Shown here piece by piece: positions 35,731-51,575 of a stretch of 64,000 nucleotides of DNA. Within the stretch, counting starts at the first letter, position 1. Each line of letters starts with the position of its first letter. The translations under genes were made by a program, and so were the position numbers. The stretch is from the human T2T-CHM13v2.0 reference genome, Homo sapiens, in the NCBI RefSeq assembly GCF_009914755.1, contig NC_060929.1; one strand, written 5' to 3'. The notes beneath the pieces were generated by a model. It searched no databases and was not told the origin of the DNA. It was given only the letters and a program-made list of their open reading frames with translations.

Positions 35731-36716
35731 TAGACCCATTTTCCTGTTGAAAAATCATGCTCCCCCCAGTGTTAGTAAATGTCCTTCAGACCCTGTGGAG
35801 TGGCCTTCTTTAAACCACGACAATGGACTGGCCTTTATGTCCAAAGGAGACAATGCTAGCTTGGCTTCAGCCCTAGTGAACAGTGAACAGAGGAAGCAGG
35901 CAGTTTAATCCATCCGTGGTCCTTCCTCTGCCTCCCAATTAACTAAGTGTGCCTTTGCAGTCAACTCTGACGTCCTTGGCTGGTAGGCAGGCAAGGGAGG
36001 GAAGTACAAGGCAAGTTTACAATCCTGATTCAAACCAGCCCACTATCCCGAAACCAGCACACAGAGCCGGCATCACCATGGAAACACATTTCCTCACAGT
36101 GGAGCAAGATGCCAGTAGAGGCAGCGAGTGTGTTTGTGAAGACAGCCATAGCCAGGGGCAGGGTTTCCCTTTGCAGGAGCAGGAGTGGCAGGAGCGGGGA
36201 GGCAGGAAGCTCTCTGGGTTCCTGGGGGCTTTGGAGTCCATTCTAACAGTCTCACATGAGACTGGGCATTTTGGTGCTGCCAAGTCTTGGTACCAGAGGA
36301 TGATCTGCTGCTGCCATTAGCAGCCAGGGTTGGCAGAAAATCAAATTTGGAGTCCCCAAGTGTGACTTCAGTCCTCACTGAGAAGTGCACAGCCGGTGTG
36401 GGGGGCTTAACAAGAGCACTTTGCTTTCTGGGGATTTCTGCTTGGGCATAAAAGCATTTGCCAATGCTTGCAGAAAACACAGAACAAAGGATGCAAGTAC
36501 AGCAGCAACACAGCCAGGAGGGCAGCCCCAGAATTGGGAGGCCAACAGTGCTACTGGGCTCAAGTGCTGTTATAAGTAAGTAAGTGCCCCAGGGTAGATG
36601 GGACTTGAGTGTGCCAGAAGTACATGGGGCTGGAGGCGATGCATCCTGGGGGACTTGGACATGTGGCATGATGTACAACCCTGTCATTTTCATCTTGGTG
36701 CACGCTGCGGCTGCAG

Positions 36717-36851
36717 GGAGAAGTGTGGCTGTACACGATGCTCTGTGTGTTGAAGTGCTGAAGACCTCGGCTGGGCTGGGACTGAGTCTGGATGGGGGAA
36801 AATCATCGGTGACGGGAGATGGGCCCTTGGTCATTAAAAGAGTGTACAAAG
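36717..36851 (+). CDS. PDZD2: PDZD2 coding exon, N-terminal half of the last PDZ domain (G/RSVAVHDALCVEVLKTSAGLGLSLDGGK...VYK)
   Basis: IL-16-like GLGLSLDGGK motif; ctgcag| acceptor and AAG|gtaatg donor; 135 nt, phase 1 to 1. Confidence 0.95.
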
Positions 36852-37039
36852 GTAATGTTCTAGACAACTCAGTCAGCCTTCTCTCACCTGTCATTTTTCC
36901 ATGGATGTCTCAATGAAAAAAATGCCTTCCATTTAGAAATCAAAAAACCTAAACTGTTTTTAATGCTTTGTGACATACAAGGTTTATTCTGTATGGACAT
37001 GTATTAACTCATGCCATCCACGTGGCAACTCTATTGGGT

Positions 37040-37170
37040 GGGTGTCATCATTATCCCTATTTTACAAAAGGAGAAACTGAGGCACGTAGGGTCACACAGC
37101 TGTAAGTGGCAGAACCAGGCTCCAGCCCAGGCAGTCTGGCCCCAGAGCATCTGTCCCTGACCCCTGTACT
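37040..37170 (-). mobile_element. MIR
   Basis: attatccctattttacaaaaggagaaactgaggca...ggtcacacagct core. Confidence 0.8.
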
Positions 37171-38414
37171 GCAGCAGTTCCTTACTCCGGGCCCCTCTCT
37201 CTGATGTGAACACACCACACTAAGTAACATCACTAGACTTGCCAGTCAGGAGTACTTAATACTGGCCAAGATCTCATTGACTTAAAATACTACACTTGTA
37301 AATGCTAGACTGCAAGAAAGGAATACAGTCCAAGCATAGCCTTTGTGGGAAAAAAAAGATGGGGGATAGATATTATTGAAATGCTTGGTAAATATCCATC
37401 TCTTTATCAACTTGCATAATTCATTTTTTGGTCTTGGGCGGTTTTTCAAAATCTTATATTAACTCATAATTGTACTAATAATATTAACAGTATAATTGTA
37501 TGAACAATATTGATATGTAATTATACTTGCAAATAGATCAGAAACCCATTTAAAGTTACAGTATGTAACAGAGTAAGTAGGTCAGCAAATAACAAGGTCA
37601 ATTCTTCTTAGCTAAGGATTGTTGTTTCTTTAAATGACCATCTAGTTAATGACCTTGAGATATTTCTACAATTGCATAGTAATCCCAAAACCTCTCTCCA
37701 CTCTTGACCTATAGTGTTAATAGGAAAAAATACTTTTAAAAATGTATAGTTACACTTAAAAAAAAACCCCTCTATGGATCAAAAGTGGAAATGAAGCCTC
37801 TGTGGTAAGCAGCGCTGCATCCTTGGGGCCCAGAGGAAGCGGAGGATGACAGAGAAATGTGCACTGCAGGCTGGGGCCCACCCAGGAGCAGGGGCGCTGC
37901 AGACTCAGTGCCCACCCAGGAGCAGGGGCTCAGCACCCCTGTGGGCAGCCAGAGCGAAGCATCTCGTGATGCAGAGGCCTGGGACCTGCTCTTTTGCCAG
38001 TAAACTGTGGTCACAACAGGTCTGCGTTACTCGAGTGGCAGCCAGGATAGGCTGCCTGCTCCCAACGCCCGGAGCAAGCAGAAGACAGGCATAAATCAGG
38101 AGTCAGGTCTCTGTTATGTGTGAACCTATGGTACCAGGGTGAAGAGAAAACCTCAGACTCATCAAGTTAACTGTTCAAGTTGACAGAGCAGCAGAAGGAG
38201 GAGAACTAGGCTCAGGCAAGCATGTGGCAACTCGACTATAAGAGCCCTCACAACAGAAAGCTCTCAGACGAAGGGTACAGGGCAACATCCATTGCCAGCA
38301 GACCCGAAAAACAGGACACCCCATTCATGACAGAGGCAGGAATGTTACCCATGAAACAGGACCGAAGAGGGTATTCAGAAGGAGCAAGCAAATATGTAAA
38401 AAAAACAAAATGCA

Positions 38415-39812
38415 AGCTGGGTGTGGTAGCGCATGCCTGTAGTCTCAGCTCCTTGCACTGCTTGAGCCCCAGGAGTTCAATACCAGCCTCAACAGCAGAG
38501 CAAGACCCTGCTTCTTTAAAAGTAAAAACTAAATGCACATACACCCTCATTAGTGAAAATGGAGTTAAATGTATTTTTAAATTAATGAGTAAAAGTAAAA
38601 AATAGACTAAATCCATGTGAAGATAGATAGAATTTGTAAAAACAGAACAGAAGAAACCATTAAAAAATGCAGTATAGGGAAATAAAGAGATGACTACAAA
38701 AAGGTAATGAAAGAGTTCCAGAAGGAAAAAACAGAATGAGAGGAAATATTTGCAGAAATCATGACTAAGAATTTTCCAGAAGTGAAAAAATGACAGGACT
38801 ATGCAGACTGAAAAACTCATCAAGGGGCAAAACAATCTGAATGTATTTATTTAAAACAAACAAACAAACAAAAAACAAGCCTTGTTAGGCAGAGTGGTGC
38901 ACACCTGTGATCCCAGCTACTTAGGAGGCTGAGGCAGAAGGATCGCTTCAGCCCTGGACTTGGAGGCTGCAGTGAGCAGGACTGCACCATTGCACTCCAG
39001 CTTGGATGACAGAGTAGGACCCTGTCTCCAAAAAAAATAAAATTCAAACCTTGATATAATAAAGTTTCAGAATATAAAGAAGAAAATCTAGAAAGCCAAG
39101 AGAAAATTCTAGTTTGCTCACTGCATACAACAATCAGAGTGGCGGCATCAATGCCTGAAGCCAGCAACACCTTCAGAGGACTGAGGGAAAATGTCCATCA
39201 CCTGAAAACCCAGCACCCAGCTAACCTGTCATTCAATAGGGTAGCTAAAATGGAGGTATTTTAAGACACTCCTGAGGGGAGCGGGAGTGGCCGCCTTCGT
39301 GGTTGGTCACAGGACACGTAGCCTCTGCAGTCCAAAGGGACACAACCCAAAAAAGCGTGTGAGCCTGCGAACCGAAGGACCAGGGCAGACGCTGACTAAA
39401 GCAGCACATCGGCTGGGGAAGCCAGGCTTCGGGACCCCACACTAGAAGAAGCCACAGGAGAGATGACATCCTTCAGATCTGCCTCCAGCAAAGCAAGAAT
39501 ATGACGTCCTGGACAACTTCTCAGCCTTTGTCTCTAGCATCTGGCCACAAATCTGTGAAAACTGCTATGGAAATGGATAGAGAAGAAGAAAATTGTCAGT
39601 CCCACAGACTAGCGCTTTAGATGCTCTCGTGTGCAAGCCTGTGGTTTTGTTCTTGGGGAAAGCCATTCAAGTATTTCTGAGTATGATACGGCAGATCCCA
39701 CCTTTGGAAACTAGTGAGACTAAAGATGTCATTATCTGGCCGGGCATGGTGGCTCATGCTTGTAATCCCGGCACTTTGGGAGGCTAAGGCAGGCGAATCA
39801 CTTGAGGTCAGG
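38415..39812 (+). mobile_element. Alu fragments (~38415-38520, ~38885-39040, ~39738-39812) among probable degraded L1 sequence
   Basis: Partial Alu arms; A-rich L1 ORF1-like sequence at ~38600-39250. Confidence 0.65.
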
Positions 39813-39974
39813 ATTCACCTTATCTCGTATTTCATATTTACAAATTTCATGAGTACAGGTTTTCTGTTCATTTTGTTTTCCTGTGTCTTTAAGCTCAAGC
39901 ATTAGAAAACAATATAGCAAGACTGATTTCTTTGAGTAAGGTTATTACAGAACAAGCATTTGAATAATAAAGAA

Positions 39975-40369
<395 letters not shown>

Positions 40370-40463
40370 TCATTATATGGCAAAATTTATAAGCAAATTC
40401 AAAAGTAAGTGATTAGAAGATATTTACAATATATTTAATAAACAAAGGGTTGATATCCAGAAT

Positions 40464-40780
40464 AGGCAGGGTACCGTGGCTCACACCTGTAATCCCAGCA
40501 CTTTGGAGACCAAGGTGGGCAGATCACTTGAGCCCAGGAGTTCAAGACCGGTCTGGGCCACATGACGAGACTCCACCTCTACAAAAAATACAGAAATTAC
40601 TCGGGTGTGGCGGCACGCACCTATAGTCCCAGCTACTCAGGAGCTGAGGTGGGAGAATCATTTGAGCCCAGGAGGTCGAGGCTGTGGTGAGCCATGGTTG
40701 TGCCACAGCACTCCAGCCTGGGTGACAGAGGGAGACCTTGTCTCAAAAAAAAACAATCAATCAATCAATCAATCAATCCA
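40464..40780 (+). mobile_element. AluJ-like element with (TCAA)n tail
   Basis: Diverged consensus; TSD atccagaata. Confidence 0.88.
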
Positions 40781-41561
40781 GAATATATGAAGAACTATAT
40801 AATTCAGTAAGAAAAATACAAGAGAGAAAGTTTGGGTAAAGAAAGCAATAGCAAATGGACAGAAGTTAAAACCTAGGTGGCCAAGAAACACAGGAAGATG
40901 CTCAAACTTAAATGTATTGGATGAAAATTAGAAATATTATAAATCATTCTTTTAATCTATCAAGTTGGCCAAAAATAAAAAATCTCATACTATGATGTGT
41001 TGGCAAGGATGTGGAGAAAGGAAAACACATTTTTTTTCTCGTGCAAGTATCTACTGGTTAATCTTTAAGGAAAATTTTAGCAGTGCTTACGAAAATGGAA
41101 GCTATGAAACAATTTAAATTTCTATCTGTAGCAGAATAAAATATATTCATCTAAAGGAAAGCTAAATAGCAGTTGAAAAAATAAATTACACCTCTCTCTA
41201 TATACTAACTGGGACCGGCTCAAAAACAGTGTTGAATGAAAAAAAGCCAAATGCAGATTGTGCACTGTGTGACACCAATTCATGGTAAGCATAAGGAACC
41301 TAAGAATGTGTTCAACAAAAGCTATGCAAGACCTTTTTGGGAAAAAGCATAAAAGCTTTCTAAAGGACAATTTTAAAAAATCTATGAGTAAATGGAGAGA
41401 GAGACATATCCTGCTCAAATCTGTTAAGATTCAGTTTGGCCTCATGTAATAGGAAATCCAAAATAGCAGTGGTTTAAACGAGAGAATTTATTTCTCTCTT
41501 GTGTAAAAAGTCCAAAAGCTGGCAAACCTCTGCTTTGTACAACACTGAATGTTTCCTAAAG

Positions 41562-42066
41562 GAGCAGTCCCCAAGCTTTTTGGCACCAGGGACTGGTTTT
41601 GTGGAAGACAATTTTTCCATGGTGAGGGTTTGGGTGGGGGATGGTTTCAGGATGATTCAGGTGCATTACATTTATTGTATACTTTATTTCTGTTATTACA
41701 TTTTAATATATAATGAAATAATTATACAACTCACCATCACGTAGAATCTGTGGGAGCCCTGAGCTTGTTTTCTTGCAACCAGGCATCCCATCTGGGGGTG
41801 ATGGGAGACAATGACAGATCATCAGGCATTAGATTCTCATAAGGAACATGCAACCTAGATCCCTCGCATATGCAGTTCACAATAGGGTTCACACTCACGT
41901 GAGAATCTAATGCTGCTGCTGATCTGACAGGAGGCAGAGCTCAGGTGGTAGTGTGAGTGACGGTGAGAGGCTGTGAACAGAGGAAGCTTTGCTCACTCAC
42001 CCACTGCTCACCTGCTGTGCAGCCCTCCTGCCACCAGTCTGTGGCCCAAGGGTTGAGGACCCCTGT
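41562..42066. mobile_element. MER1A-like hAT-Charlie element
   Basis: cagtccccaagctttttggcaccagggactgg...tagattctcataagga...gggttgaggacccctg. Confidence 0.85.
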
Positions 42067-42104
42067 CCTAGAAGACTTTCCTCTACTTCATCTCATTCAG
42101 TCCT

Positions 42105-42230
42105 TCTAACAACCTAGTAAGATAACAAGACAGATATCATCATCACCATTTTGCAGATGAGAAAACTGGAGTTTGGAGAAATCTGTAACTTGCCTGAAGT
42201 CACAGATTTGAGACCAAACCCAGTCTGATT
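42105..42230 (-). mobile_element. MIR
   Basis: ccattttgcagatgagaaaactgga...taacttgcctgaagtcaca. Confidence 0.75.
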
Positions 42231-42967
42231 GCTCCTTCAGTGTGCGTCAGGCTGTTCTGGTTGCCTGGAACCTCCCATGTCCTGAAGCCCAGGTGAACAC
42301 TCACAAAATTCTTTTGTTTCACATAACCTGAAGGCCTTCGGTTAATATGCTAGAATAGGACATTGGGTACTAAGTTAACACAAATATAATTGGTTCTTTG
42401 GTCCTTCCAAAAATGTATCTATCTCAAGAAAAGCAAGGACTAGGGACCAAATCATTTTCCTGGGGCCCACTACAGGGCTGATATTGGTGAGGTCTCTCTT
42501 CTAATGTAACTAACTGCCTCTATCATTTACCACAGAAAATGTTTTTGTCCTTGTGTGGGCTGGATTTCTTCCAAGCTGTATTTTTATCACATAATATTTA
42601 TTTCAATAATTTCAATAACGACTTTCAGTAATTTAGGATGAAATCGATACATCTGCTCAGTCTTTTGAGGTCTAATCAAAATTTCTGAGAAAATTTTTTT
42701 CACACTTGGGACTTTTTCTTTCAATGCCATTTTTTTTCCATAAGATGCCTCCATAGCTGGTGTACCTTTAGAAGTATATGTGTGAGAACGTAAATGGAGG
42801 GTTTACACTTGCATTTTTTTCAAAGCTCATACAAAGCTAGACAAAGCTATAATGTGAACATGCTAAACTCTGTAAGTAAGTAGTCTCCATGGTCACTAAT
42901 GAGCACATAATCACTGATTCTCAGAACTTGCATATATCAGCCAGAATCTGTTAACAATTAGAAGCTG

Positions 42968-43182
42968 ACAGCCTGGGCAACATGGCAAGACCCCATCTCT
43001 ACCAAAAATATAAAAAAAAAAGCTGTGCATGGTGGTGTATGCCTGTGGTAGCAGCTACTCTGAAGGCTGAGGTGAGAGGATCGCTTGAGCCCAGTGAGGC
43101 GGAGGCTGCAGCGAGCCAAAACTGTACCACTGCACTCCAGCCTGGGTGACAGTGTGAGGCCGTCTCAACAACAACAAAAAAA
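42968..43182 (+). mobile_element. 5'-truncated AluJ-like element
   Basis: Diverged Alu consensus. Confidence 0.85.
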
Positions 43183-43579
43183 GTTGAACCTGCTTTTCTG
43201 TGTTTACTGGCTGTTTGGAGTTCAGCTGTTGATTTCCTTACCCCAACTTTATTTTGTGTTATTCTTGTTGACTTGTAGCTCTTTAGTCTGGATGTTAACC
43301 ATTTGTTGATTAAATACATAGAGAGTATCTTCCCCTTGTCAGTTTATTTTTATCTTACAGATTATGTTTGGAGGGGCGGCAGGAGGGCTAGAGTTGCACT
43401 GTTTTCTGTAGACCAGTTTACTTTTATGGATATATGCTTTTTGTGTTCTAAGAAATATTTCTCTATTCAATAATATATTATTTAGATATTTTTATCACTT
43501 AAAAGTTTTTAGTTTACTTAGGATTTTTGAATACTATGAAACTGCCAAGCTATTAATTATTCTGTGTTTATTCTCGTAG

Positions 43580-43746
43580 GTGGTGCGGCTGAACAAGCTG
43601 GAATAATAGAAGCTGGAGATGAAATTCTTGCTATTAATGGGAAACCTCTGGTTGGGCTCATGCACTTTGATGCCTGGAATATTATGAAGTCTGTCCCAGA
43701 AGGACCTGTGCAGTTATTAATTAGAAAGCATAGGAATTCTTCATGA
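43580..43746 (+). CDS. PDZD2: PDZD2 last coding exon (G/GAAEQAGIIEAGDEILAING...LIRKHRNSS, stop)
   Basis: ttctcgtag| acceptor; GDEILAING and HFDAWNIMK PDZ motifs; TGA at 43744-43746. Confidence 0.96.
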
Positions 43747-46545
43747 ATTTTAACAAGAATCATTTTCTCAGTTCTCTTCTTTCTTTAGCAAATCAGAGTG
43801 ACTTCTTTAAACCACAGGTTGTTGAAATGGCCAACACTGGTACAGACACGGACTATAAAAATCTCCAAGCTTGTGCTTACACATGAAGCCTGACTTAACT
43901 GTATGTGCAACAGCAATGAAATTAACTCCAGAAGCCTTCCACCTGCGTCACCCAGGCCGGGAGGGTTCCTTCGTTCCAGTGCCTGTCCCCTACCTTTATG
44001 TTATGTTTACTGATGGGGATACAAGATGTGACACACCCTTCTTTATTTGAAACAAACAAACATTTAGCTAGACCTTTGCTTCCTTCTTGCCAGCTCTCCC
44101 AACATACCCAATCCTGGTGATCAGGGAACTAAAAGTCTGAGGGGGACACAAATGTCACACCTAAGAGGACAATCAATCATTTTGTATGATTTTGTAAGTA
44201 AATGACAGAATGCTTTTAGGCACATTCAATGGAAGGAGGAGATGTAGGTCTGTATATGTTACCCTGAAAAGAGAATAAGACTTACTTAAAAAAATGAATT
44301 ATGACCTGTTAGGCTGAGCTCAGGAATTGTCCAAAAAGGAAAAAGCAAAATAATTAATTGAGAGTATTTTTTAGTGAGTGTAATGTATAATGTACGTATG
44401 CAAAGTTCAACTCAATAGGTTATTGATCACCATGAAGTATTGATCATTTTCTATCTCAAAAGTGTAAGCCATAAGGCTGTTTTACAGAATAGCACTTCTG
44501 ATAAGCTGTATTAAATAGCCATGAGCTTCACTGCTTAGAGGGAGCAGAAAGGTCAACATCTAAAAGCACCTTACAACTAGTTTTTGAACCTGTCTTGATA
44601 AGTGCTTGAATTCAAGACTGGTCAGTCCAAGAGCAGACAAAAATATCACAAGTCAGTCAGTCACTGGGTTTCCATTTCTGAATTTTATGCACTCCAACCA
44701 TGAATTTAAACTAAATTTTTAGAAATCAAGTATCTTTCTAAGTGTCCTTGGATTTATAGACAATGTATGTACAATCCAAATAGAGGAGCTTAATGGAATC
44801 CTTTTAGGAGACTGGTTGGTTTTTTTCCCTCTTTCCCAACATGTTTAAGAAATGTAACATTCTAAGTATTGGATCTCTTTTCTTGACCTAGTATAATGAC
44901 AACTGCAGTGACTTAAGTTTTTGCTGTTTTCGTTTTCCCGCTTTGCAATTTCCTCCTTTTGCCAAAAATGTTTTCCTACAGAAGACTGTCGTGACTCACG
45001 CTACTTGGGAAACTCACTCTGGCCACTCCTCCTCTGGTGGCATGAGCTGCTTCCCAGTAGCTATTCCGATTGGATATTCCGTTCGTCGTCACATAGCTGG
45101 CTTTTCTCTCCTCATGATGTACCTTATTTTCTTAGGTAAATAATTCCAAACTCTCATCGGGTCATAAAGAGGAGGAGAAACAGGGTGAGTCAAGGTAAAG
45201 GAGCAGAAATGTAGTTACAAGCCAGGTCGTCTTCAGTGGCACAAACCAACCCGTTGAGCCCTGACAACATGAGTGGAGAGTGCATTTGCCATACCTGTGT
45301 GCATGACACTAAGATTTTATGTTGGAGATACTTCTTTAAATAACCTACAGCTTGGGTCTATGGCTGTGACCCCCAGATTCATGGAGGGGCTTTAGCCATC
45401 AGCTTTGTACATCATCATTTTTCTGAATGACCAATCCCACTAAACATCTTTGAAGTCGGCCTAGAGAGGTCCTTCAGATGAGAGAGAAATAGCTGGCTTG
45501 TCTGAGTCCAGATTTCTCATCAACTGGCAATACAAAGGAAAATATGGTACAGGAGTTAGTTAGAAAGGTCTTATTGATTTTACTTCTACTTTTCACTACA
45601 GTTACAGGTAGAATACTGTAGGAAGTCAGTGCAAGGTGCATGCTTGATTGATAGATATTGATTGATTGTTTTTCAGTCTCTGGGGTCAGTTTTGTGGTTT
45701 CTGCTTTCTTGCCTAAATCAAAGACTATTTCAAGTCAACAACACTGAAAACTGCTTTTCGCCTCCACTCTTACAGCTGTGCCTAATAATAATTAATTAAT
45801 AAACGCACAGCCCTATGTGAACAGACAGGAATTTCTTGTGCAATGTGGAGCAAATGGAATGGTCTCCTTCCGCAAGTCTTTTTAATCCTCATATCTGGAG
45901 TACAAGGGTAGACCTCTGGCTTACCACATACACTATGCTAAAGTCATCAGCCACTGCTACTACATCTTGCCAGAAGGTTTCCCTCGCCAACAAACAGTTG
46001 AAATTTAAGGGAAGAAGCAAAAGCTAAACTGTCTTTGACCCTAAGATAGATAGAAAGCTATTTATTTGTCTTCAGTGTTCAAGGCATGACTAGTATTTCT
46101 AATTAGCCTAATAAATTCCCACACTTTCTGAAGTGAACACTAATGGTATTGTCCTACTAAAACTGTCATTGTTTCTTTTTTTTTAACTGGTCAGTCATTC
46201 ACAATAAGCTATGAGGGTAAATAAATATGTGTTATAACAAGTAAACCGTAGTTGCAAGAATATACCATGAAGATTAAAGTAGGCTGGGTTTCATTTCCAT
46301 CTTCCCACACATCTCATTGAATTTGATGGTTGACTTAATTGGCACCATAACTTTGTATGATATTATACATTAACCTTTATTTATGTAAAGTAAAATGCCT
46401 TATATATTAAAGAGTAAGTGCAATAATATGAAATAGCCTGTACATTTTAAAAATGTTGTCACCAAGTTATATAAATCCACATCTCTGTAAACAACCTTTT
46501 TTAAGTAATTTTAAAAAAAATAAACACTCTGCTTACTACTTGATT
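43747..46545 (+). other. PDZD2: PDZD2 3'UTR (~2.8 kb, no Alu)
   Basis: AT-rich unique sequence from the stop codon to the terminal AATAAA; end point inferred. Confidence 0.8.
46519..46524 (+). terminator. PDZD2: PDZD2 distal polyadenylation signal AATAAA
   Basis: Upstream TGTA elements and a downstream T/GT-rich tract (tttttttttctctttttggctgtttgtttgtt). Confidence 0.85.
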
Positions 46546-47216
46546 TTTTTTTTCTCTTTTGGCTGTTTGTTTGTTAATAATAGAGTAATATTGAGATGAG
46601 AAATGTTTATTGTCACCTAAATGCATCAGAGGTACAAAGGCAATAGAACTCAAATTAGCCACCCTTTTCCAGGCCACACTCACAATCTTGACACAATCCA
46701 AAACTTTTCCACCTCTAAATCTTTCTTACAATTGAACATCCTACTCTTTTACCACACGCTCCCAGCCTCCTGGTCACTTCCTCCCACGTCTTCACTTTCA
46801 AAAAGCCCTTGACAGTTTTCTCCCTATCAGAACTCCACCCTTCCATTCCCTTCTCAGACCAGAACCCTAGCGTAGCACAGCAAACTCTGCCCAGCCCACA
46901 GGCTTAGATCCCTTGCCCCACTGTTGTGTCTTACCAGGCGATTCTGGACCCTTCCAAATAGCCAGCATCTTGGTTCCTATAACCGTATTCCTAGAGGAAA
47001 ATCCCACAACTAGACAGAACGCTGCTGCTGTAAATTCACAGTTTCCAGCCTTAACTGGACCCTCGCTGCCACTCAGCACTTGTTTCCTTGTCAGTTTTTC
47101 CTCTCATTTTTCACAATAATGTTCTTTTTCTCAAAAACCCTACCCATTCACCTTCCCCCTCCTACTTGGATGATCTGGGATCCTACCTCACAGAGCTCAA
47201 TAAAAAGCATCTACTT

Positions 47217-47572
<356 letters not shown>

Positions 47573-48062
47573 CTACAGTAACGCAAGGAAAAAGGCAAGA
47601 TGGCCTCTTGCAGGAATCTCAGAACAGGACCCAGCATGTGACCTGGCCTCAGACGGGAGGAACTCTGCTTCACCTAGCACCCTCCCCACTTCAGGTCTGT
47701 TTCTGCTGGTCACAGCATCCTAATCCCCAGTCCTTACCGGTTCTTTACCTAGAAATCTCCTGTGAAAGCCATTTGTCATCATTTTGGCCCCATTCAATAC
47801 CACAGAGTTTCTCTGGACGTAACAAGCTGTTGCCTGCCTGATTTTCTATATACTTCCCAAAATTGAAATTCTGATTGGTTCCCTGCCCCTACTTGGGTAG
47901 AGCTTTTTCCTAGGAGACAGAGTGCTTGTTTGCATAATTCCCCTCCTCGAAACCCAATGAAATGAACAAATACAGAGGGAAACTCTGGTAGTTTTAAAAT
48001 GGAAATAGCCACAAACCCATTATATGAAATGGAAAACTACATACCATGTGTAAGATGTAAAA

Positions 48063-50622
<2,560 letters not shown>

Positions 50623-51440
50623 CAGCTCTTCTATAAATAATAACCAGTTAGAATATACCATGGGAGAAATACTCTATTATGAATGCCAGCAACTGAAAAT
50701 ATAAATTTATTCTTAGCAAGAACTGGCCAAGACCTAAAAATATTATAAAACTCTATTAAGGGATGTAAGAGATAACTAAAAAAAGGGGGGTAAATATATG
50801 TATAGCTTCTTGGACAGGATGACTCAATACTATAAAGATCTCAATTCTCCCCAAGCTAATTTATAAGTCCAATCATAATCTCAAATTCTTTAACCTGACA
50901 AAATTATCCTAAAGTTCATCTGGTAGGATAAACACACAAAAATAGCCACAAGAAATTTGAAAAGACAGAGTAAGAGGGGAACTAGTATTAAAATATTATC
51001 AGAAAGCTGTAATAATTAAAATGTTGGCTCCTCTACTATAGAACTAGACAGACAAACCACTAGAACACAGACCCAAATATATAGTAATTCCAAATTCAAA
51101 AAAAAGGGGCATTTTAAATCAGCAGCAACAAAGCAAAAACAAAACACCACACACACCGATTATTCAATATATTCAATAACTGGTGTTGAGAAAATTGGCT
51201 AGGTATTTTGGAGAGAGGAAAAAGCTAGTCCATTTGCAACAAAATCCCTGACATCAAAATAAAATTCCAGAAGGGTCAAAGATTTAAAAGCAAGAAAGGA
51301 AACAAAAACAAAAACAATCCCAAAAAACCTAAATATATTCCTTTAATCATAAAGTGAATAAGCTCTTCTAAGCATGAAGCTAAATTCAGAATCTACAAAG
51401 CAATAGACTCACAATTTAACCAGACTATATACAAACTAAA
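50623..51440 (+). mobile_element. Degraded L1M ORF2 fragment
   Basis: gactcaatactataaagatctcaattctccccaagctaatttataag...cctaaagttcatctgg...aactggtgttgagaaaattggcta. Confidence 0.75.
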
Positions 51441-51537
51441 AACTACCGGGGGCTATCCCAGTGGATTCAAGCAAGATGCCAGGAACACTGGCATAGTTTT
51501 CTATTCTCCCCATATCCCCACTAACACACCCGGGAAA

Positions 51538-51543
51538 CACACA

Positions 51544-51572
<29 letters not shown>
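51538..51572 (+). repeat. (CA)n microsatellite
   Basis: acacacacacacacacacacacacaca. Confidence 0.95.

Positions 51573-51575
<3 letters not shown>

Noticed and set aside
36584-36716. In-frame open intron upstream of the 36717 exon (ORF 36584..36916)
   Set aside because: Preceded by an in-frame TAA at 36581-36583; intronic ATGs exist near 36668 but I see no supporting acceptor or promoter
36094-36894. 266-aa antisense ORF over the candidate exon and the last-PDZ exon
   Set aside because: No recognisable domain and partly a codon shadow of the + strand exon; the sense-strand splice signals explain the region better
38248-38835. 195-aa hydrophobic - strand ORF
   Set aside because: F/L/V richness comes from the reverse complement of A-rich L1-like sequence plus an Alu fragment
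45181-45200. Strong donor-like GG|GTGAGT in the PDZD2 3'UTR, sharing ggtgagtcaaggt with the 7023 donor
   Set aside because: A 13-nt match built mostly from donor/AP-1 consensus; no partner acceptor identified
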